A stretch of 64,000 bases of DNA. Source: Ostreococcus lucimarinus (lineage: Eukaryota). Both the position numbers and the translations under genes were made by a program. The DNA lies in assembly GCA_000092065.1 (NCBI GenBank), contig CP000596.1. The stretch is one strand, 5' to 3'. Position 1 is the stretch's first letter, and every line of letters begins with the position of its first letter. Under the pieces are notes generated by a model that worked only from the letters and a program-made list of their open reading frames with translations, did no database searches and had not been told where the DNA came from. Shown here piece after piece: positions 11,329 through 21,791 of this stretch.

Positions 11329-11500
11329 GTCTTCTCCTCGCGATTCCATTTTTGAGTACTGAAACGAAACGTTGTTCCGCGCCCGTGGCGGAGTTTTAGC
11401 CAGGTTTGCCAGCTTAGGATGCAATCAACACAATATCCATTCACTTAAGTCGCTTCGCTCGTGTCTTCGCACGTTCTTTTTACACAGTCTAATCTCTCGT

Positions 11501-12697
11501 CTACTTGCCGTCGCGCCCAAGCATGGATGCGAGTTGTTGGCGCGTGATCGAAACTCCAGCCCGCTGGTTGCGAGGAATCGGCGTCGCCGTGAATCGTGGC
11601 CGGCTCGCGTTTTCGCGCTCTTCCTCGTCTTCGCGCATTCTCGCAAACTTGCGTTCGTGATACGCGCCTCGGCGTTCGGTCGTCAGGTTGAAAGGTTTGA
11701 TTTCGGTGAGCACGGCGCCCGTGATGGAGATGCGCTTGCGCTTGTTGTCGCGCAAATCAGGAGTTTGCTCGTCTTCTATGGCTCCATACATTGTCGGCGC
11801 TGACGTCCGTCTCGATCGCGTTCGACGCACGGCGTCAGCGGCGTCGTCGACCGCGCGTTCACTCGGCGCTGCGGCTTTGCTGGCTCGCGCCGATGTCAGC
11901 GTCTTCAATACTTTGGACTTGATGGTCGTGTACGGCGGCGCGTACGAGCTCGCTCGGCGACGAACCTTTTCTTTCTCCATCGCTGCTTTCATTTTCTCAA
12001 TCTCCAACAACTCGCGCTCTTCCGTGGTCAATATCTTTTGTTTTATGCGCGTGTTCGTGAATTTCGGGCTTCGAGCCTTCGTCGTCGTCGTCGCGGCTGG
12101 GATCAGCGTCAGATCCTCGTAATCCGTCGTACGTCCCCCAATTTCGAACGCACGAAGCTTTTCTTTGCGCGATCTGAACTTTTCTACCCCAGAATCAGTG
12201 TTTTGCGTGCCCTTGAGCAAGCGAGACGACGCCGCGATGACCTTCGCCGACGTCTTCTTCTTCGCCGCCGACATCACAACCTGCTTATGTTTCGCGATCA
12301 ATGCCGCGCGAGGAACAATGGGTCTTGGTGTCTTCAATATTCTCTTCGCCGGCGTCTGCGACGCAAATCGACTCTTGCGCGCCGATTTCGTCGTCGATTT
12401 CGTCGCGGCTGAAGCCTCCGAGCCGTCCTTCTTCTCGCTCGAACGCGCGAACATCAACGCCAAACGCGGCGACCGACGCACGGGCGTCTTCACATCCTCG
12501 CTCTTCGGCGTCTTTGCCGCACTTCTAACTTTCTTATCCGTGCTCGAACCCGTCACCACCTCCCGTCTCGGCGCGCCCAAGCGTCTCGGCGTCCGTCCCG
12601 GCGTCTCGCCGCCGCGTCTCGCCGCGCTCTTCATCCCCTCCCTCGGCGACGTCCGATCGACGTCCCCTCCCACTCCTCGATTCGCCGGATCGCTCAA
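11501..12697 (-). CDS. TPX2/WVD2-like microtubule-associated protein (Lys/Ser-rich with C-terminal TPX2 motif)
   Basis: The C-terminal KPFNLTTERRGAYHERKFARMREDEEERE...RPRFTATPIP resembles the TPX2 (Xklp2-targeting) domain. The rest is basic low-complexity sequence. Confidence 0.45.
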   Translation of the reverse strand: MSDPANRGVGGDVDRTSPREGMKSAARRGGETPGRTPRRLGAPRREVVTGSSTDKKVRSAAKTPKSEDVKTPVRRSPRLALMFARSSEKKDGSEASAATKSTTKSARKSRFASQTPAKRILKTPRPIVPRAALIAKHKQVVMSAAKKKTSAKVIAASSRLLKGTQNTDSGVEKFRSRKEKLRAFEIGGRTTDYEDLTLIPAATTTTKARSPKFTNTRIKQKILTTEERELLEIEKMKAAMEKEKVRRRASSYAPPYTTIKSKVLKTLTSARASKAAAPSERAVDDAADAVRRTRSRRTSAPTMYGAIEDEQTPDLRDNKRKRISITGAVLTEIKPFNLTTERRGAYHERKFARMREDEEERENASRPRFTATPIPRNQRAGVSITRQQLASMLGRDGK

Positions 12698-13281
12698 AAA
12701 AGCCTGCGTCGCATCCGTGATGGCGACGACCGCGGGCGCACGCCACGAATTCGCCGGCGCCGCGGCCGTTTTGCCGCGCGGCGTCGTCAGTCGCGTCGGC
12801 GCCTCGCTCTCGAAGTACGCCTCGCTCCCTTCATCATCCGACGCGTCGGCGTCGAAGTCGAAATATTTCGGAGCCTCGAATTCCCACCTACGGCGCGTTT
12901 CGCGCGCGACGCGCGTCGTCAGTCATCGTTCGGCGTGGCTGTCGTTGGTCACCGTTTGAAAATCACCGCGGAACAGAAACGGCATCGCGAGCGCGCGAGG
13001 ACGCGCGCGCGATCGAGAAACGAGCTTCGACGCGCGATTTACGACCGGGCACGCACTTGGTCTCGTCTCGCATGTCCGGGACGGGCGTCGTGGTGTGCGG
13101 CGCGGCGCGCGCGAGCGAGCGGGACGCGTCGGCGCGGCGAGACCGCGGCGAAGTCGACGGCGCGTCGGCGAATCGCGCGTTACGAGAGAGCTAATGATTG
13201 TTACTACAACAAAACCGAGCGAGACGCGCGCGCGTCCACGAAACGGCGCGGTGAGGCCGCGACGCCGGGACTCGAAGACGC

Positions 13282-14171
13282 TCACAAGAGTTCCATCTCG
13301 GCTTGCAGCGCCTTGAGTTCGGCTTCTTCGTCCGCGGCGATCGCGGGCGCCGGCACGGACGGCAACGGCACGCTCGGCATCGCGGGTTCTTCCTCCAACT
13401 CCCGGGCGAGCTCGGAATCGAGTAATTTGTCTTCGACGTCCAACGCGTCCAACTCGGCCAACTCCTCCTCCAGCTCGTCCTCGTCCAACTCCGCCGCGAA
13501 CCCCACCGGTTGTCCCAACGCCTCCTGCACCTGCCGCATCTGTTCCGTCTGTTCGCTGATCGCATCCATCGTCGCGTCGACGTCCTCGATCTTCGTCTCC
13601 TTGACCATCCTTCGCATCGCGTCCGCCCCGCTTCGCAGCGCTCCGTACGTCTCGCTCGTCGCCTTCGATCCCTCCAGCATGATCACCTGTTCCTGCAGCT
13701 TCAACTGCGACGTCGCCAGCGCGTCTAACTGCGCTTCGTACAATTTTTTCTTCTTCAGGTGCTGCAGCGCTCGTCGTTTGTTTCCCTGTCGATTCGCCTC
13801 GCGCGCGTTCGCCAGCTCCTCCGCGATCTTTCTCGCCATGAGCGACTCCTTCTTCTCCAGCATCTCGAGCGTCTGTTCGTCGTGCGCGCGCCGCGTCCGT
13901 CAGTCTCCCGCGTCGCGTCGCGAAACCGCGCTCGCCGCTCGCCGCTCGCCGCCGTCGTCGCGCGCGCGTTCGCGCCGCGCGGCGACGCGTTCGCGACGGG
14001 ATCTCGTCGCGAATGCGAACGCGACGACTCGACCGCGCGCGTTCCATCGCGACGCACCGTCTTGATCCTGTCGATGGCGTCCATCGGGCTGTGCGCGCGC
14101 GAGTCCGAGGACGCGTTGGACGCGCTCGTCGTCGGGCTCGCGCGACCGTGGCCGAATAACTTGCGAAACAT
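13282..14171 (-). CDS. SNF7: ESCRT-III subunit Snf7/Vps32/CHMP4, complement(join(13282..13872,14058..14171))
   Basis: Exon 1 MFRKLFGHG...SPMDAIDRIKT matches the Snf7 N-terminus. The donor is GTGCGT and a 185-nt intron spans 13873..14057. The acceptor ...GAACAG is followed by TLEMLEKKESL..., then the Snf7 core and an acidic C-terminus. Confidence 0.75.
13873..14057 (-). other. Snf7 intron (185 nt) containing (CGTCG)/(CGCTCGC) repeats
   Basis: Donor GTGCGT and acceptor CAG on the minus strand. Exon phases are consistent (phase 0). Confidence 0.7.
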
Positions 14172-14281
14172 GACGCGAGGGACGAGGAGTGCGGCGCGGC
14201 GGTGGGCACCGACGAGACGGCGACGCGAGACGACGGAGAGAGATGACGCGCACGAAGAGATCACACGGCGCTCGCGATGAG

Positions 14282-16318
14282 TTACGAATTCATGCTATCC
14301 GCGAGGGCGTCGAAGGCGTTGCGAGCGACGACGGGGGCGGGTTCGGCGAGCTTGGGCGCGGGCGCGGCGCGCTCGCGAGGCGCGGGCGCCGATTTCTCGG
14401 CGGCGGCGGGCTTGTCCTTGGGCGCGGGTGTGTCCTTGGACTTGCCGTCCTTGCCGTCCTTGGGCTCTGGTCTGCCTTTGGCGAAGCGAAATTTGTCGTC
14501 GAGCTCGAGGGAGAGCTTGGTGAGCTCGAGTTCGAGGTCTTTGACGTCGTCGCCGGCGTCCTTGGCGGCTTGAATCTTCTCCTTGAGTTCCTTCTCCTCT
14601 TTGAACTCCTTGCGCTTGACCGCGCCGACGGAGCGCTTGAGATCTTCGGCTTGCCAATCGCGACCGGCTTCCTTGAGCGCCTCTTCGCGCGGGCGAGCGC
14701 CGCCGAAGAGCGAGCTCTTCGCCGCGGCGCCGACGGGGGCGTCGGTGGAACGCTTTTGCAAGTTCAGTTTGGGCCTCGCGGCGCGCTCCTCGGGAGTCGC
14801 TTCGCGGAGTTCTTCCTCTTTGCGCGGGGCGAACGAAGACTTGCGGCCCCATCTGTCGCCATCGGAATCTTTCGGTTCGTCGTATTGCTTGCGCTCGGTA
14901 CGTTCGGGGTTTTCTTCCGAGCGAATCGGAATCGCTTCGCGCGGCTTGTCCTCGACGTACTTGACGTCTACGGGCTTAGCGCCACCGAAGAGCGAGCTTG
15001 AGCCCGCGCTCGCGCTCGTAGGAGCGGCTTCCGAGCGTGGTTTGAGCTGAAGCTTCGGGCGATCGCCTCGCGGAGCGTAACCATCATCCGACGGCGGCTC
15101 GGCGGCGGCGGTGCGAGAACGCAAAGAGCCCCAGTCGCGGTCGCGTTCTTCGCGCGGAGGTCGATCGTCGTATCGCGAATCACGCTCCGGTAACTGTTTT
15201 CTGTCTCTACTCCAGCTGTCGCTTTCATCCGCGCGCGACGGTCCGAGATCCTCACGCGGCGGCCGGTCTGCGAAATCGCCAAATCCCGGTCTGCGCTCCT
15301 CGCGGTCGCCGTAGCGATCGTCGCCGCCGCCGTAACGGTCGCCACCTCTCTCGGCGTAACGGTCGCCAAATCCTGTTGCACGCCTGTCGCCGCCGTAACG
15401 ATCATCTTGCGGCGGCGCGCGACGGTCCGCGCCCCAGTTAGAGCTCGTATCCGCGCGAGAAGGACCTTGCTCTTCGCGAACCTCTCTGTCGCCATATTCA
15501 CCGTCGCGGCGGTCGTCTCGATCGTACCGACCCGGACGACGCTCATCACTGCGATCACCGCCGCCGTAACGATCACCACCGCCGTAACGATCACCACCGC
15601 CGTAACGATCACCGCCTTGGTTGAATCCACCACCGAGACCGACGCCTCCGTCGTCGTCCGGTCGCGAGCTCGGCCCACTCGGCAGCACGACGTCGTCGCC
15701 GCGTCCTCGACCGAACGCCGATCCACCGACTCGTCCCGGAGGCGCGTACGACGACCCACCCGACGCACCCGCGAATTCTGCGAGCGAAAGTTTCACCCCT
15801 TTCGTCTTCTTCTTCGGTTCCTTCACCTTGGCCGCCGCCCCGAGCGACGGAAACGCTCCGCTCGCGTCCGCTTCCGCCGCCTCCCCGCCGAGCGACGGGA
15901 ACGCCTGCGCCGGCACCGCTAACGATTCCACTCCATCGTTTCCTTCCTTCGTCTGCGTGAATCGCGAAAGCGCGCGTCGTTCCGTCAGTGCGCGCTCGTT
16001 TTCGTCGAGTTTAGCTTTTAAAAATCGAGCCCACGTCCGAGCCGCGATCTCCGCGCGAACCGTCTCGACCGCGCCGCGCCCTCGATCGCGCGCCTCGTCG
16101 CCCCGGCGTCTCGCGAACGATGCGCGCGCAATTTCTCCATCATCTCGCGCGCGAATCGCGCGCGCGCGCGCGTCGCGCGCGTCGCGGGCGACGCGCACGC
16201 GTCGCCCCACGGCGCCGCCATCGGTCGGGCGTCGTTCGATGCATTTCGCGCCGCCGACGCGCGCGCGACGCGTCGCGCGCGTCCGCGACGCGCGACGCGC
16301 GTCGTGAGGATTTTTCAA
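14282..16318 (-). CDS. Plant-type translation initiation factor eIF4B-like protein with DRYG repeats; 5' end unresolved
   Basis: AFPSLGG...KKKTKGVKLSLAEF parallels the plant eIF4B N-terminal motif. The centre has RDRYGGGDRYGGGDRYGGGDR (DRYG domain). There is a K/E-rich C-terminus. The only in-frame ATG is at 16318 and the first ~90 codons look non-coding, so there may be an upstream exon. Confidence 0.5.
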   Translation of the reverse strand: MKNPHDARRASRTRATRRARVGGAKCIERRPTDGGAVGRRVRVARDARDARARAIRARDDGEIARASFARRRGDEARDRGRGAVETVRAEIAARTWARFLKAKLDENERALTERRALSRFTQTKEGNDGVESLAVPAQAFPSLGGEAAEADASGAFPSLGAAAKVKEPKKKTKGVKLSLAEFAGASGGSSYAPPGRVGGSAFGRGRGDDVVLPSGPSSRPDDDGGVGLGGGFNQGGDRYGGGDRYGGGDRYGGGDRSDERRPGRYDRDDRRDGEYGDREVREEQGPSRADTSSNWGADRRAPPQDDRYGGDRRATGFGDRYAERGGDRYGGGDDRYGDREERRPGFGDFADRPPREDLGPSRADESDSWSRDRKQLPERDSRYDDRPPREERDRDWGSLRSRTAAAEPPSDDGYAPRGDRPKLQLKPRSEAAPTSASAGSSSLFGGAKPVDVKYVEDKPREAIPIRSEENPERTERKQYDEPKDSDGDRWGRKSSFAPRKEEELREATPEERAARPKLNLQKRSTDAPVGAAAKSSLFGGARPREEALKEAGRDWQAEDLKRSVGAVKRKEFKEEKELKEKIQAAKDAGDDVKDLELELTKLSLELDDKFRFAKGRPEPKDGKDGKSKDTPAPKDKPAAAEKSAPAPRERAAPAPKLAEPAPVVARNAFDALADSMNS

Positions 16319-16533
16319 TCGCGCGCTACGATCGTACCTGTGCGCTCCACGCGCTGGTCGTGCCCCAAGCCATGTTTCGTTGTGCGGGACGATCGGCGCT
16401 GGGTCTTTACGCCGATGCCGGGCCGAAGGAGAGGCGCGGCGGCGAGGCGAGGCGAGGCACGCGAACCGATGTCAAATGAAGGTTTATTATGACAACTGAT
16501 TATGAAAGATGGATGCGTGATGCGCGTGCGCGT

Positions 16534-18639
16534 TTAGGCGGCGGCGAAACCGAGCGCTTGGGCGATGTCGCGCTCGCTGGCGCTCTCGGCGGCGGCGATG
16601 ATGTCGGCGGCTTCGATCGAGTCGTCCTCGGCGGCGTCTTCGGAATAGATGAGAGAGACGGCGCTGGAGGATTTGGAGTGGCGGCGCGCGGGCGAAGGCG
16701 CGAAGGCGTCCGAAGCGTCGCTTTGATTGCGCTCCAACATTTGAGCATACGAGCCGCGAGTGGCGAAATTGACGGTATTCCAACTTGGGACTCGGCCGCG
16801 GGAACCCATGCGGCCGCGACCGCGGAGGTTTTTGCGGAGGGAGGCGACGCACTCGTCGAGGACGAGTTCGATCCCGCACGCGTGCTCGATGGCGGCGAGT
16901 TGCGGCCAGATTTCTTTCTCGCCCATCGTCGCGGTTTCGAACAAGAACTCGCGCGTGGGATTGCTGGCGATGTGTGAAAATTGCTTCCACGTGTACCACA
17001 TCACCGCCGTGGCGTCGCCCTCCCACTGTTGACCGAAGAGTTTGAAGACATCGAAGACGTCGACGCCCGGAATCAAATCCAACACTTGTCGACAGCGATG
17101 TTTCCACTCGCTCTCGATGAAGTACGCCCAGAGGGCCAGCGCGCTTCCGCGCGATGTAAACCACCTTTTCACTCGCAACAGAGGGACGATGTGCGGATTC
17201 GTCTGCGACACGATGAAGTAATTGCAGTTGAAGAGTTCGCGCAAGTTGTCCATGGGCAGATCCGCCTCGAGACTACCATCGCGCCAGCGTCGCGGTCCGA
17301 GTTTTCCTTCTGGGAGCCACGGCACGAAGGCGCCGCTGCGAGATTTTGCCAACAATGGCTGCGGCGGGAACAACGAGGGAAACGCGCACGACGCCGCGAC
17401 GGCTGACCAAAGCACGACGTGCGGCGACGTGAGATAGTTTAACAGTCTCGGTTTTTCCCCAGTCGTCGTTGCACACACACACACACTCAGTATTCTGCCT
17501 CCACTTCGATCGTATGCCTCTTGAAAAGTCAAGTCGCCGAGTAACGCGCGGAGACAGCGCTGGAAAAAGTCAATGTCGTGCAACGCCCCGGTGCGCAAGT
17601 AGTGCTTCATCGCGCTCATCGAATCGTTGCCGCTGAAGAACGTCAAGTCTGGGAGCAAATCCCAAAAGTGCTCTTCGCTGAAGAACTCATCGAGCTCTTC
17701 CTGCGTGCGACTGCCGATAATGGCGGCGATGATGGAGCCGACAGACGATCCGGCGAGCACGCGCGGGAGCAAATGTTTCCGATTCAACGCGCGCGCGACG
17801 CCGACGTGAAACGTTCCGAGCGTCCCTCCTCCGCTCATCATCAGCGCCGTGCGCCCGAAACAATGTCTCGTCTCTTGCAAAAACACCAGCTTTTCCTGAA
17901 TCGTCACCGTTTCGTCCTGAGCGATGCTAAACAGCTGACTTTTCAGCTCGGCCATGTACTGGCGCACCGCCCGAGGCACCGCCGGCGGCTCGGCGTTCGA
18001 TTTCGAAAACCGCACCTTACAATCGCTCTGCAACGATCCCAAATTCCTCAAAATATCAGCTCTGAGCAAGAACATCATCTCTTCCACGTTCCCACTCGCG
18101 CGCTGCGCCTGCAACTGCCTCAACTGTTCATCGATTAACTCGACGTCGTACGACCTCGACCCGCTTCCCCAACCGTCGCTCCGCGTCGTCGCCCGACCTC
18201 CCGCCTCCGCTCGCGCTTCTTCTTCCGCATCCTCGCGTTCGAGTTCCAACGCCGCGTCTTCAAACGCATCGTACGACGTCGCATCTCGCATTCGCGCTAA
18301 GATTTCCTTTCGTTTGCGTCCGTGTCGCCGTCGCGCCGCCGTCGCCGCCGTCCCGTCGCCTCGCGCCGCGAGATACCCCGTCCTCGTCACCGCCACCGCC
18401 ACCGCGACGCACGCGACGACGCGCGCGTACATTTCGTACTCTTGTCTCATCCATCTCCCGCGTCCGGCGCGGACGTACGCGCCGTACGGCGTCCGCGACG
18501 GCGTCGCGCGCGCGGCTGTCCCCGTCAGCATCAGCATCGGCGACGACGTTTTCACGCTTCGCACCGTCTGCGCCACCGCGCGCGCGACGTCGCGCGCCGC
18601 GGACGCCGCGTAGGACACCCCTTCGTCGAACGCGCCCAT
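16534..18639 (-). CDS. SDP1/TGL4-like patatin-domain triacylglycerol lipase (DUF3336 + patatin)
   Basis: The patatin motifs GGGTLGTFHVGV, the GSSVGS nucleophile elbow and a DGS Asp are present. The N-terminal DUF3336-like region reads MFLLRADILRNLG. ORF 16534..18897, trimmed to the Met at 18639 that precedes the conserved region. Confidence 0.75.
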   Translation of the reverse strand: MGAFDEGVSYAASAARDVARAVAQTVRSVKTSSPMLMLTGTAARATPSRTPYGAYVRAGRGRWMRQEYEMYARVVACVAVAVAVTRTGYLAARGDGTAATAARRRHGRKRKEILARMRDATSYDAFEDAALELEREDAEEEARAEAGGRATTRSDGWGSGSRSYDVELIDEQLRQLQAQRASGNVEEMMFLLRADILRNLGSLQSDCKVRFSKSNAEPPAVPRAVRQYMAELKSQLFSIAQDETVTIQEKLVFLQETRHCFGRTALMMSGGGTLGTFHVGVARALNRKHLLPRVLAGSSVGSIIAAIIGSRTQEELDEFFSEEHFWDLLPDLTFFSGNDSMSAMKHYLRTGALHDIDFFQRCLRALLGDLTFQEAYDRSGGRILSVCVCATTTGEKPRLLNYLTSPHVVLWSAVAASCAFPSLFPPQPLLAKSRSGAFVPWLPEGKLGPRRWRDGSLEADLPMDNLRELFNCNYFIVSQTNPHIVPLLRVKRWFTSRGSALALWAYFIESEWKHRCRQVLDLIPGVDVFDVFKLFGQQWEGDATAVMWYTWKQFSHIASNPTREFLFETATMGEKEIWPQLAAIEHACGIELVLDECVASLRKNLRGRGRMGSRGRVPSWNTVNFATRGSYAQMLERNQSDASDAFAPSPARRHSKSSSAVSLIYSEDAAEDDSIEAADIIAAAESASERDIAQALGFAAA

Positions 18640-18850
18640 CGCGCGCGCTCGATTCGCGTCGCGCGACGCGCACTGCGGCGTAATCGCGCCGACGCCGACC
18701 GAAAGTTCGTTACGCGTCGGCACCTCAGACGACGACGCGACGTCGCGCGCCGTTCGCGCGCGCCCGAACGTCGCGCGGCGGTGAGAAGAGACTCGCGCGC
18801 GCGTCGCGAGCGCGCGCGCGACGTCGAACGCGCCGCACCGCGCTCGAACG

Positions 18851-20485
18851 ATGGGAGATTCGCGCGACGTGGCGAATCGGCGGCTGGGACAAATCAACGA
18901 TCACGTCCGCGGCGACGCGAAACGCGCGAACGGAGGCGCGAGAGCGGGCGGTGGCGATGGGTCGGACGCGCGAGCGACGCCGTCGGGGGGCGCGGGGGCG
19001 CTGCACGTGCGAGACTCGCGGACGGGGAAGGAGTATGAAATCGCGGTGTCGAGCGACGGCGCGGTGGACGCGTCGGCGTTTAAACAAATCACCGCGGGCG
19101 GCGATGGACGAGGTTTGGTGATGTACGATCCCGGATACATGAATACGGCGCCGTGTAAGTCGAAGATATCGTACATCGACGGCGAACGGGGGATTTTGAG
19201 GTATCGCGGGTACGCCATCGAGAGCTTGGCGAAATCGTCGACGTATCTGGAGACGGCGTTCGCGTTGGTGTACGGAGATATGCCGAATGCGAGTCAGTTG
19301 ATGGAGTGGGAACGGACGATTGCGAGGCATAGTGCGTTGCCGGTGCAGGTGGTGCACGCGATCGAGGCGTTGCCGCACGACGCGCATCCGATGGCGGTGA
19401 TGCTCGCGGGGTTGAACTCGTTGAGCGCGATGCACCCGGAGCAGAATCCAGCCATCGCGGGTGGGGCGATTTACAACTCTCACACCGTGCAGGATAAACA
19501 AATCGTGCGCATCATCGGCAAAATGACCACGCTCGCCGCGCACGCATATCATCGAAACACCGGGCGCTCGCCGGCGGCGCCGAATACGCGCATGTCGTAC
19601 GCGGAGAATTTCTTGTACATGCTCGACGCCGGTTTGGACGCGCGGCATCGACCGCATCCGAAGCTCGCGAAGGCGCTGGACGTGATGTTTTTACTACACG
19701 CGGAGCACGAGATGAACTGTAGCACGGCGGCGTGCAGACACTTGGCATCGAGCGGGGTGGACGTGTTTTGCGCCGTGGCGGGCGCGGTGGGCGCGCTTTA
19801 CGGGCCTCTGCACGGCGGCGCCAACGAAGCAGTGCTCAAGATGCTCGAACGGATCGGAAGCGTCGATAACATCCCGAGCTTTTTGGCCGGGGTGAAGGAA
19901 AAGCGATACGTGATGTTTGGTTTCGGACACCGCGTTTACAAGAACTTTGATCCTCGCGCGAAGATTATTCGCGACATCGCGAACGACGTCTTCGAGCTCG
20001 TCGGACGCGACCCGTTGATCGACATCGCCATCGAGCTCGAGAAGGCGGCGCGGGCGGACGAATACTTCGTCAAGCGTAAGCTTTACCCGAATGTAGACTT
20101 CTACAGCGGGCTGGTGTATCGCGCCATGGGGTTTCCCCCCGAATTTTTCACCGTGCTCTTCGCCATCCCGCGCGCGACGGGTTATCTTGCGCACTGGCGC
20201 GAGAGCTTAACGGACGCCGACAAGAAAATCATGCGCCCGCAGCAAATTTACCAAGGCGAATGGTTGCGAGATTACGAACCGATCGCCGCGCGCTCGCGCT
20301 CGCTCACCGACGCCATGGAGGATATTCAACCATCCAACGCGGCGCGGCGCCGCATGGCTGGAGACCCGCCATCCGGCACGGCGTGGGTCGGGAAAGGCGT
20401 GGAAATGTCCACGCCGGCGTGGCAGTCGGGCGCGTCAGTCGGCGACGCGACGAGCGGCGTGGAGAACTATCTCGGACGAAAATGA
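18851..20485 (+). CDS. Peroxisomal/glyoxysomal-type citrate synthase with an N-terminal PTS2-like nonapeptide
   Basis: The citrate synthase signature GFGHRVYK and full domain are present. Residues 10-18 read RLGQINDHV (R-L-x5-H-V), a PTS2-like signal. Confidence 0.85.
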   Translation: MGDSRDVANRRLGQINDHVRGDAKRANGGARAGGGDGSDARATPSGGAGALHVRDSRTGKEYEIAVSSDGAVDASAFKQITAGGDGRGLVMYDPGYMNTAPCKSKISYIDGERGILRYRGYAIESLAKSSTYLETAFALVYGDMPNASQLMEWERTIARHSALPVQVVHAIEALPHDAHPMAVMLAGLNSLSAMHPEQNPAIAGGAIYNSHTVQDKQIVRIIGKMTTLAAHAYHRNTGRSPAAPNTRMSYAENFLYMLDAGLDARHRPHPKLAKALDVMFLLHAEHEMNCSTAACRHLASSGVDVFCAVAGAVGALYGPLHGGANEAVLKMLERIGSVDNIPSFLAGVKEKRYVMFGFGHRVYKNFDPRAKIIRDIANDVFELVGRDPLIDIAIELEKAARADEYFVKRKLYPNVDFYSGLVYRAMGFPPEFFTVLFAIPRATGYLAHWRESLTDADKKIMRPQQIYQGEWLRDYEPIAARSRSLTDAMEDIQPSNAARRRMAGDPPSGTAWVGKGVEMSTPAWQSGASVGDATSGVENYLGRK

Positions 20486-20533
20486 ATTTACTGTAAATAC
20501 TACACACACACATTTCTCGCTTAAAAGTATCCG

Positions 20534-21589
20534 TCAACGGTGACCCCTATCGATGCACTCTCGAGTGCCGAAGATGTTCGTCCGCCACCTCAAGCACGGC
20601 GCCGTTCCTCCGTTGATGGCGACCGTCCTCGACAGATACATTCGCTCGCGCGCCCGGCGCGGATCGCACAAACCGCTTTGCAGTTCGAACTCAGTGCAAA
20701 ACTGATAGACTTCCTCGAGATCAGGCTGACAGTACGGCCAAGACAGCGGCGCGTTCATTCTCGAAATTCTTTCGCGGTACCACGAACCTCGATTTTCGTA
20801 AGTGCATCGTCGGAGCACCTCCTCGACCGAACACGGTCTCACGAGCGTCGCGCACCGCATGTAATCGTCCAGAGCGGTCGGATTCCCTGGAAAGATTGTG
20901 GAGAACCACGTGAGCTGCTGCATCAACCTACCAATCTCTCCTTGCGGCTCGAACATCACGCGCGAACCGTCCGCGTCGTACACGACGTACGCCTCGTTCG
21001 TAAACGCGACGAAATCAACCGGCGGGTACGCCGCGTCACCGACCCACGTCATCTCCAGCGCTCGCGCGTTCGCGATCCTCTCGAGATCGCTCTGAATGTC
21101 GTACGCGATCTCATCGAGCGTCTCGCGCATCGCGCCCGCGTCGGACGCGCTCGCCGACTCGATCAGGCTCAGCTCGAGCTTCGCCACCTCGCGTTCGACG
21201 TACTCGTCGTAGGACATCGTTCGCGCGCCCGAGTCGACGCCATCGCTCGCGCGCGCGAACTCGTCGTACCATCCCTCTCGCGCGTACCGCGCCTCGCCGT
21301 CGCCGTCGCCGTCGCTGTCGTAGCCGTAATCGTAATCGTAATCGTCGTCGCCCTCGTTTTTGCGAACCGTCGGCGTCGTCGCCTCGGGCGGTTGTTCGAA
21401 CACGCGCACCGTTCGCGACCGCGCGGCGACGGAATCGAGCGCGGACGCCTCCGCGAGCTCGCGCCCCAGCTCGGCCGCGATCGCGAGCGCCGCGAGCGCG
21501 CGTCGCATCGGCGCGACGCCGAGTGCGGCGGAGGCGAAGCGGCGTTTCGCCTCGCCTCGCGTCGACGAACACACCAACAGACGAATCAT
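20534..21589 (-). CDS. Hypothetical Cys-rich protein with a signal-peptide-like N-terminus and an acidic DY-repeat
   Basis: ORF of 351 aa. MRRALAALAIAAELG is signal-peptide-like. It has a (DYDY/GD) acidic tract and a conserved-looking Cys/Trp-rich C-terminal half. No family recognised. Confidence 0.35.
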   Translation of the reverse strand: MIRLLVCSSTRGEAKRRFASAALGVAPMRRALAALAIAAELGRELAEASALDSVAARSRTVRVFEQPPEATTPTVRKNEGDDDYDYDYGYDSDGDGDGEARYAREGWYDEFARASDGVDSGARTMSYDEYVEREVAKLELSLIESASASDAGAMRETLDEIAYDIQSDLERIANARALEMTWVGDAAYPPVDFVAFTNEAYVVYDADGSRVMFEPQGEIGRLMQQLTWFSTIFPGNPTALDDYMRCATLVRPCSVEEVLRRCTYENRGSWYRERISRMNAPLSWPYCQPDLEEVYQFCTEFELQSGLCDPRRARERMYLSRTVAINGGTAPCLRWRTNIFGTRECIDRGHR

Positions 21590-21791
21590 CCCTCTTCACT
21601 GTATGCACACACCCGCATGTCCGACCAAAAGCAACATTTCGACGCACGCCTCTATTTCATATACCGCAAAATCGCGCTCGAATGCGATACACGCGCGCGA
21701 TAAACCCGCGCCGCGCGGATAACGCGACGCCGCCGACCGGCGCCGACGGCGCGCACAACGCCGCGCCTCGGATACCGCCGCGCCCGCGACG

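Noticed and set aside
8797-11424. 875-aa ORF on the minus strand
   Set aside because: It is exactly antisense to the HSP70 coding sequence. The composition is Arg/Ala/Val-rich with no domains. Long antisense ORFs are expected at ~65% GC, because stop codons are AT-rich.
12923-14209. 428-aa minus-strand ORF and 376-aa plus-strand ORF (12935-14065)
   Set aside because: They overlap the Snf7 gene in other frames. They are Arg-rich or Ser-rich and low-complexity. Snf7 in the third frame has clear homology.
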